The notes beneath the pieces were generated by a model that was given only the letters and a program-made list of their open reading frames with translations, ran no database searches and was not told the origin of the DNA. From an uncultured Candidatus Rokubacteria bacterium (GTDB taxonomy: Bacteria > Methylomirabilota > Methylomirabilia > Rokubacteriales > CSP1-6): 64,000 nucleotides of DNA. The stretch lies in contig CAVWFS010000014.1 in NCBI GenBank assembly GCA_963754315.1, forward strand, positions 160,001 through 224,000, written 5' to 3'. Position 1 is the stretch's first letter. Every line of letters starts with the position of its first letter. Below, piece by piece: positions 58,378 to 64,000 of this stretch. The position numbers were made by a program, and so were the translations under genes.

Positions 58378-58836
58378 ATGCCGGTTGACAAGAGCTTCAT
58401 CGGCACAAAGGGCGAGCCCGTGACCATGCACGTGGAGCATGGAAAGATCCGCGAGTTCGCCCGCGCCATCAAGGACGACGACCCGCTGTACTTCGACGAG
58501 GCGTACGCCGCCCGCGAGGCGGGTGGGATCATGCCACCCCTGACGTTCTTGCAGACGATCAGTCACTGGGACGACGGGGCCGGACGGCCGCGGGTGCCCT
58601 TCGACCTCAAGCGTGTCCTGCACGGCGAGCAGGAGTACGAATTCCTGAAGCCGATCCACGCGGGGGACGTCCTCACGGCCGTGAGCACCGTGGTCGATGT
58701 GTACGAGAAGCCCGGCAAGCGCGGGGGCAGCATGAACTTCGCCGTGACCGAGACCGAGTACCGGAACCAGGAGGGAACGTTGGTGGCCCGGGCGCGTGCC
58801 ATCACGATCGAGACGGGCCAGGTCGTCAAGGACTGA
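58378..58836 (+). CDS. MaoC-like dehydratase N-terminal (FAS1-like) hot-dog protein
   Basis: VEHGKIREFARAI, PPLTF, LHGEQEYEF..PIHAGDVL. Confidence 0.9.
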   Translation: MPVDKSFIGTKGEPVTMHVEHGKIREFARAIKDDDPLYFDEAYAAREAGGIMPPLTFLQTISHWDDGAGRPRVPFDLKRVLHGEQEYEFLKPIHAGDVLTAVSTVVDVYEKPGKRGGSMNFAVTETEYRNQEGTLVARARAITIETGQVVKD

Positions 58837-58851
58837 AGACCAGGAGGAAGC

Positions 58852-59286
58852 ATGGCTGCCGGAAAGCGCTACTGGGAGGACGTGAAGGAGGGCGACCCAT
58901 TGCCGGAGGTGCGGGTGGCAAAGCTCACACGCACCGACTTCGTGAAGTACGCAGGCGCGTCGGGGGATTTCAATCCGATCCACCACGACCAGACCTTCGC
59001 CGAAGCGTCCGGCAATCCGACCGTGTTCGCCATGGGCATGCTCAACGCGAGCATCCTGAGCCGCGTCGTCACGGCTTTCGCGGGGCGGCCCGCTGTGCGC
59101 CGCTACAAGGTCCGCTTCGCCACCCGCGTCTGGCCCGGCGACGACGTCATCTGCCGCGGCCGGGTCACCCGCAAGCTCCAGGAGGCCGGCGAGAAGCTCG
59201 TCGAGGGTGAGGTGGAAGCCGTGAACCAGAAGGGCGAGACGCTCATTAGCGGCTCCTTCGTGGCTGCCCTGCCCTCTCGCGGTTGA
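58852..59286 (+). CDS. MaoC family dehydratase
   Basis: YAGASGDFNPIHHD, VRF..RVWPGD. Confidence 0.92.
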   Translation: MAAGKRYWEDVKEGDPLPEVRVAKLTRTDFVKYAGASGDFNPIHHDQTFAEASGNPTVFAMGMLNASILSRVVTAFAGRPAVRRYKVRFATRVWPGDDVICRGRVTRKLQEAGEKLVEGEVEAVNQKGETLISGSFVAALPSRG

Positions 59287-59300
59287 AGCGGGCAACGGAG

Positions 59301-59621
59301 ATGATCAAGGTCTTCGCCATGCTTCGCCGTCGGGAGGGCGTCTCCCGCGAGGCGTTCCACCGGTGGTGGCTCGCTGAGCACGTGCCCTACGCCAAGAAGC
59401 TCCCCGGCCTGAAGAAGTATCGTGTGTGCCTGGTCACGGGCTCCACCACCCATGAGGGGCACGAGCCATGGGACGGGATGGCCGAGCTCTGGTTCGATAA
59501 CCGGGCGGCGCTGGAGGCGGCGTGGTCTTCGGAGGTCGGCAAGGTCGCGCTGGAACACTCGCGGGAGAATCACCTTGAGCGACTGGTGCTCATCACCGAG
59601 GAGCACGAGATCCTCGGCTGA
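59301..59621 (+). CDS. EthD family protein
   Basis: FHRWWLAEHVP...LPGL, DGMAELWFD. Confidence 0.88.
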   Translation: MIKVFAMLRRREGVSREAFHRWWLAEHVPYAKKLPGLKKYRVCLVTGSTTHEGHEPWDGMAELWFDNRAALEAAWSSEVGKVALEHSRENHLERLVLITEEHEILG

Positions 59622-59735
59622 GATCCTGGGCGCGGTCCAATCCGAACACCTCAACGAGGAGGACACCACCGTGACGATGCACAGAGCTTCTTCAGCTGAG
59701 ATGGGGCACACGCCGAGCGGGATGGAGGCCTAGCC

Positions 59736-60749
59736 ATGGCCGAGGCGGCGTTCGTCTCCTGTGGCGGCGCCGGCGCTCCCAGCGGGCGACGGCGAGAGGT
59801 GGTGGTCAACGGCAAGCGCGTGAAAACGGTGGACGTGCACGCCCACTGTGCCGTGCCAGCAGCCATGGCCCTCATGGGGCGAGCGCTCGAGGCCGAAGCG
59901 CTCCTCATGACCAATACCGAGACGCGGATTCGCGCCATGGACGAGCAGGGCATCGACGTGGAGGCGCTCAGCATCAATCCCTACTGGTACACCGCCGAGC
60001 GGGACGTCGCCCAGAAGCTCATCCAGATCCAGAACGAGACCTTGGCCGAGATCTGCGCGGCCCAGCCCGACCGCTTCGTGGCCTTCGCGACAGTGGCCCT
60101 GCAGCACCCGGATCTGGCCGTCGAGCAACTCGAGCAGGGCATCAAGCGCTACGGTTTGCGCGGGGTCAGTCTCGGGGGCAGCGTCGAGGGAGCCGAGCTG
60201 AGCGACCCCCGGTTTCACCCGTTCTGGGCGAAAGCCGAGGCCCTCGGCGTGCTCGTGTTCATCCACCCGCAGGGCACGGTCGAACTCGAGCGAACGGGCC
60301 GGCTCAAGGGCAATGGTCTGCTCTCCAACACCATCGGCAATCCGCTGGAGACGACGATCGCCCTGTCTCATCTCATCTTCGAGGGCACCCTCGATCGCTA
60401 CCCGGGCCTCAAGATCTGTGCGGCCCACGGGGGCGGCTACCTCCCGTCGTACGCCGCGCGATCCGACGCGGTGCAGACAACCTTCCCCCAGCGCATGACG
60501 GGGGCGCTCAAGAAGAAGCCGACGGAGTACATCCGCCAGCTCTACTTCGACTCGATCGTCTTCACACAAGAGGCCCTGCGCCACCTGGCCGCCGAGGCAG
60601 GTCCGAATCAAATCATCATGGGAACGGACTATCCGTTCCCCTGGACGTCGACCTCGGTCGATCACATCTTCGGCACCCCGGGGCTCAGCGACGCCGACAA
60701 GATCGCCATGCTGGGCGGCACGGCTGCGAAGCTGCTGGGAATCACCTGA
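59736..60749 (+). CDS. Amidohydrolase_2 family (ACMSD-like)
   Basis: VDVHAH, FIHPQG, AAHGGG, MGTDYPF. Confidence 0.9.
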   Translation: MAEAAFVSCGGAGAPSGRRREVVVNGKRVKTVDVHAHCAVPAAMALMGRALEAEALLMTNTETRIRAMDEQGIDVEALSINPYWYTAERDVAQKLIQIQNETLAEICAAQPDRFVAFATVALQHPDLAVEQLEQGIKRYGLRGVSLGGSVEGAELSDPRFHPFWAKAEALGVLVFIHPQGTVELERTGRLKGNGLLSNTIGNPLETTIALSHLIFEGTLDRYPGLKICAAHGGGYLPSYAARSDAVQTTFPQRMTGALKKKPTEYIRQLYFDSIVFTQEALRHLAAEAGPNQIIMGTDYPFPWTSTSVDHIFGTPGLSDADKIAMLGGTAAKLLGIT

Positions 60750-60800
60750 GCGTACTGACGTCCAACGTCTCCCCGTGCCCGCGCACGACGGTGGGGCGAC

Positions 60801-61730
60801 CTACATCAGCTCCTTGACGAGGGCGCGCGCTAGCTCGGGAGCCACACCGAGCGGACGGTGCGCCAGGGGGCCGGCGCTCAGCACCGGTTCCAGCTGATCG
60901 AGCGACGGCAGGTCCTCGCGCTTCCAGAAGAGACCGATGGGGATGACATCACCCCACAGGAAGCCTTTCTCCATCGCGGCGTGAAAGTCCTTGGGGTCGT
61001 GGCCCATCTCGTCAAGCTTGCGGGTCCGCTGCTTGAAGAACTCGTAATTGTTGTCGTGGTTGTATGTCACGCAGGGGCTGAAGGTGTCGATCAGTGCGAA
61101 GCCCTTGTGCTCGATGCCACCCTTGATCAGTTCGACCAGGTGCTTCTGCTGACCGGTGAATCCCCGGGCGACATACGTCGCCCCCGCCGCGAGTGCGAGC
61201 GGGATGGGGTTGATGGGGTTCTCCACGCTGCCGAAGGGGGTGCTCTTGGTGGTCATGCCCTTGACGCTGGTCGGGGACAGCTGACCGGTGGTGAGCCCGT
61301 AGACCTGGTTGTTCATGACGACGTACGTCAGATCGACGTTGCGGCGCATGGAATGCACGAAGTGGTTACCGCCGATGCCGTAGCCGTCGCCGTCGCCCCC
61401 CGTGACCACCACCTTCAGCTCGTGATTGGCCAGCTGGGCACCCGTGGCCACGGCCAGTGAGCGGCCGTGCAGGGTGTGCATGCCATACGTGCTGAGATAG
61501 CCGGGAAGGTTCGACGAGCAGCCGATACCGCTGACGGTCAGGACCTCGTGCGGCTGTAGGCCCAATTCCCCGAGCGCTTGCTTGAGGGCGGCCAGCACCC
61601 CGAAGTCTCCGCACCCGGGACACCAGTCGGGATCGACCTTGCCCTTGTATTCCTTGATGGTGAGCTTCGGGCGCTCGCGCTTGAGCGTCGACTGTCGCGC
61701 GGCGGCGGTGCTCTCAACGATGGTGTCCAT
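60801..61730 (-). CDS. 2-oxoacid:ferredoxin oxidoreductase beta subunit
   Basis: WCPGCGDF, SGIGCSS, LHGR, GGDGDG, NNQVYGLTTGQ, SPCVT. Confidence 0.95.
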   Translation of the reverse strand: MDTIVESTAAARQSTLKRERPKLTIKEYKGKVDPDWCPGCGDFGVLAALKQALGELGLQPHEVLTVSGIGCSSNLPGYLSTYGMHTLHGRSLAVATGAQLANHELKVVVTGGDGDGYGIGGNHFVHSMRRNVDLTYVVMNNQVYGLTTGQLSPTSVKGMTTKSTPFGSVENPINPIPLALAAGATYVARGFTGQQKHLVELIKGGIEHKGFALIDTFSPCVTYNHDNNYEFFKQRTRKLDEMGHDPKDFHAAMEKGFLWGDVIPIGLFWKREDLPSLDQLEPVLSAGPLAHRPLGVAPELARALVKELM

Positions 61731-61741
61731 GGCGGTCTCCC

Positions 61742-63529
61742 TCAAACCCGAATCTCGTGCACGGGCACATACTGTCGAGTAGTTCCGGCCAGGATGGCGG
61801 TGACCCCTTCCACGATGTGGTGGGGCATGAACGGCTCGCCGTCATACTTCCTAATGTGGCCGTCGGCGGTCACACCCGTCTCCGCGCGCAGATAGCGAGC
61901 GAACTGGCCGCTATAGTTGTTCTCGACGATGACGACTTTCCGGCTGGTGGCGAGCAGGCTCGTGATCGCCTCCACGTGCAGCGGGACCAGCCACCGGATC
62001 TGGAGGTTGTTGGCCACGATGCCGGCCTCCGTCAGCTGCTGCATGGCCTCGCGAATAACGCCTTCTGTCGATCCCCACCCCACCAGGGTGACGGCGGCAT
62101 CGGCTTTCCCGAAGAGCCGGGGCGGATCCAGGAGAGGCAGGACCCCGTCCATCTTCCGCATCCGCTTCTCGTGGATGGCTTGCCGTTTGATGGGGTCCGT
62201 GAACTCGTCGCTGATCAGCACGCCGTCCTCGTCGTGCTCGTCGGTAGCCACCACATGCGCGTAACCTGGCGTGCCAGGCAGCGCCCGGGGCGAGACGCCA
62301 CTCTGGGTGATGAGGTAGCGCTGGAAGCCGCCGTTCGCCGGCGGACCGTCCCCATTGAGGCCGATGAGTTCGCCGCGCTCGATGGGCACATTGAAGTCGA
62401 GCTCAGCAGGATCGATGCTGGAGCGGCCCTCGGACAGCAACAGATCGGAGAGGATGATCCCCGGACACTGGAAACGGTCGACCAGGTTGAAGAGCTGCGG
62501 CACGATCTTGAAGCAGTCGGCGATGGTGGTGGGGGCCACGATGATCCGTGGGTAGTCTCCCTGGCCGGCGCCCAGCACCTGCCAGAGGTCCCCCTGCTCG
62601 GTCTTGGTGGGCACGCCGGTGGCGGGTCCCGCACGCTGCACGTTGATACAGACGACCGGGATTTCCATCATGGACGCCGAGCCGAGGGCTTCGCTCATCA
62701 GGGCGAAGCCTCCCCCGGAGGTCGCGCACATGGCCCGGCATCCGGCGTGGGCTGCTCCGATGGCCATGTTGATCACGCCGATCTCGTCCTCGACCTGGCG
62801 CACCATGATGCCGAGCTGGCGCCCGTGCCGCGCCATCCAGTGCAGTACACCGGACGACGGGCTCATGGGATACGCGCAGTAGAAGCGCACGCCAGCGGCG
62901 GCGCCGCCCATGGCCAGCGCCTGGTTGCCCTCGAAGAAGGCCAAGGGCTTGCCCGTGTCAGGCAGGGAGAACGGCAGCGCCCGGAACTGGGCGGCCGCGT
63001 AGTCATACCCCGCCCGGGCCACTCCTACGTTCTCGGCCACGGACGCCGGGCCCTTGCGCTTGAACTGCAAGGTCAAGATCTCTTCGAGAATCCCGAACTC
63101 CACCCCGATCAGGCGCAGGACTGCGGCCAGGGCGATGGTGTTCTGCACGAGATCGCCCCGGACGCTGGGAGCCAGAGCTTTGACGGAGAACGGACAGAGC
63201 TGCGTCCCCTCGGGAACGACACCCGGCTTGATCGTGTCGCTGTTGAACAGCACGAGCGAGCCGGATGTCATCAGGCGTAGATGCCGGTCCATCGTGTCCT
63301 GGTTGAGGGGCATGAGCACGTTAATCCGGTCGCCGTGACTCAGCACCGGCTGGTCGCTCGTGCGCAGGGTCAGGAAGATGTGACCGCCGCGGATGATGGA
63401 CTGGTAGGCGTTGTAGGCGCTCACGTGGAGGCCACGGCGAACAAAGATCCGCGCCAGGATATCCCCAGGCGTGGCGATGCCCTGGCCCGCCGCGCCGCCG
63501 ATGCCAATGGCAAGGTCGACTTTGCTCAA
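61742..63529 (-). CDS. 2-oxoacid:acceptor oxidoreductase alpha subunit
   Basis: GGAAGQG, IIRGGH, AYPMSPSS, QVEDEI, TSGGGF, QRAGPATGVPT, ENNYSGQ; TTG start. Confidence 0.95.
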   Translation of the reverse strand: MSKVDLAIGIGGAAGQGIATPGDILARIFVRRGLHVSAYNAYQSIIRGGHIFLTLRTSDQPVLSHGDRINVLMPLNQDTMDRHLRLMTSGSLVLFNSDTIKPGVVPEGTQLCPFSVKALAPSVRGDLVQNTIALAAVLRLIGVEFGILEEILTLQFKRKGPASVAENVGVARAGYDYAAAQFRALPFSLPDTGKPLAFFEGNQALAMGGAAAGVRFYCAYPMSPSSGVLHWMARHGRQLGIMVRQVEDEIGVINMAIGAAHAGCRAMCATSGGGFALMSEALGSASMMEIPVVCINVQRAGPATGVPTKTEQGDLWQVLGAGQGDYPRIIVAPTTIADCFKIVPQLFNLVDRFQCPGIILSDLLLSEGRSSIDPAELDFNVPIERGELIGLNGDGPPANGGFQRYLITQSGVSPRALPGTPGYAHVVATDEHDEDGVLISDEFTDPIKRQAIHEKRMRKMDGVLPLLDPPRLFGKADAAVTLVGWGSTEGVIREAMQQLTEAGIVANNLQIRWLVPLHVEAITSLLATSRKVVIVENNYSGQFARYLRAETGVTADGHIRKYDGEPFMPHHIVEGVTAILAGTTRQYVPVHEIRV

Positions 63530-63697
63530 AGCTCTTCTCCCCTCAGAGACGCATGGTGGCTTCTCATGCCGACGCCATCCTGCTCCGCTCGCGCCCCGCG
63601 GTCAAGCGGTCGAGATCGCCGCCCGGATCCGCCTGGGCGGGGCCAGTCTAGCAGCACGCCGAGTTGTTCTGCTATGGTTGCGGCTCGGAGACGTGCC

Positions 63698-64000
63698 TCA
63701 GTACACGAGGCCGAAGAAGCCGAGCAGCCCGGCGCCGGCCATGACGATGAGCGGGTTGATGCGGGTGACCGCCAGCAGCACGGTGGCGATGCCGGTCACG
63801 ATGAACGCCGGCCAGCTGTGGTCGGCCGCCCGCACGATGATGACGGTGGTGGCCAGCAAGAATCCCATGGCGATGGGGGCCAGTCCCTTTTCCACCGCCA
63901 CCCGCCACGGAGCCGCCCGGAAACGCTCCCAGGCGAAGCTGGCGACGCAGGCCAGCGCCGCCGCCGGCAGCAGCATGGCCAGCGCGGCGACCAGTGCGCC
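63698..64000 (-). CDS. Chromate transporter (ChrA family), 3' part
   Basis: WERFRAAPWRVAVEKGLAPIAMG...TRINPLIVMAGAGLLG; continues beyond the window. Confidence 0.8.
   Translation of the reverse strand, partial: GALVAALAMLLPAAALACVASFAWERFRAAPWRVAVEKGLAPIAMGFLLATTVIIVRAADHSWPAFIVTGIATVLLAVTRINPLIVMAGAGLLGFFGLVY

Noticed and set aside
59671..59733. 20-codon ORF with strong RBS as a leader peptide
   Set aside because: More simply the frame-broken N-terminal signal region of the downstream amidohydrolase; no attenuator structure seen
1..64000. Many long Arg/Gly/Pro-rich ORFs overlapping called genes
   Set aside because: Expected antisense or off-frame shadows in high-GC DNA; no recognisable motifs

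Overview
High-GC bacterial window that is mostly housekeeping and accessory-metabolism genes. The gene content (many amidohydrolases, ABC binding proteins, RidA, Uma2) resembles Candidatus Rokuibacteriota/Methylomirabilota; that is inference only. I saw no rRNA, tRNA, CRISPR array, transposase or prophage. Best-supported highlights: (1) a family-1 encapsulin with an encapsulated-ferritin cargo carrying a C-terminal targeting peptide; (2) a complete glmS ribozyme in front of a glmS gene that lacks roughly 290 internal codons; (3) an nrtR-nadA/nadC-iscS NAD operon with no nadB, nadA and nadC in one reading frame, and two 21-bp NrtR-type boxes; (4) a duplicated BON-like membrane-protein gene whose copies share a sigma-54-type promoter and an upstream motif, one copy leading a DUF748 (AsmA-like) plus BON-lipoprotein operon; (5) a stand-alone regulator domain with a duplicated 37-bp GTTAC-repeat motif upstream of unknown secreted proteins; (6) leuCD directly followed by a gentisate-dioxygenase-like gene. 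About ten single-base frameshifts, including in leuC and msrB, suggest long-read indel errors, so every fusion or pseudogene call needs read-level confirmation.
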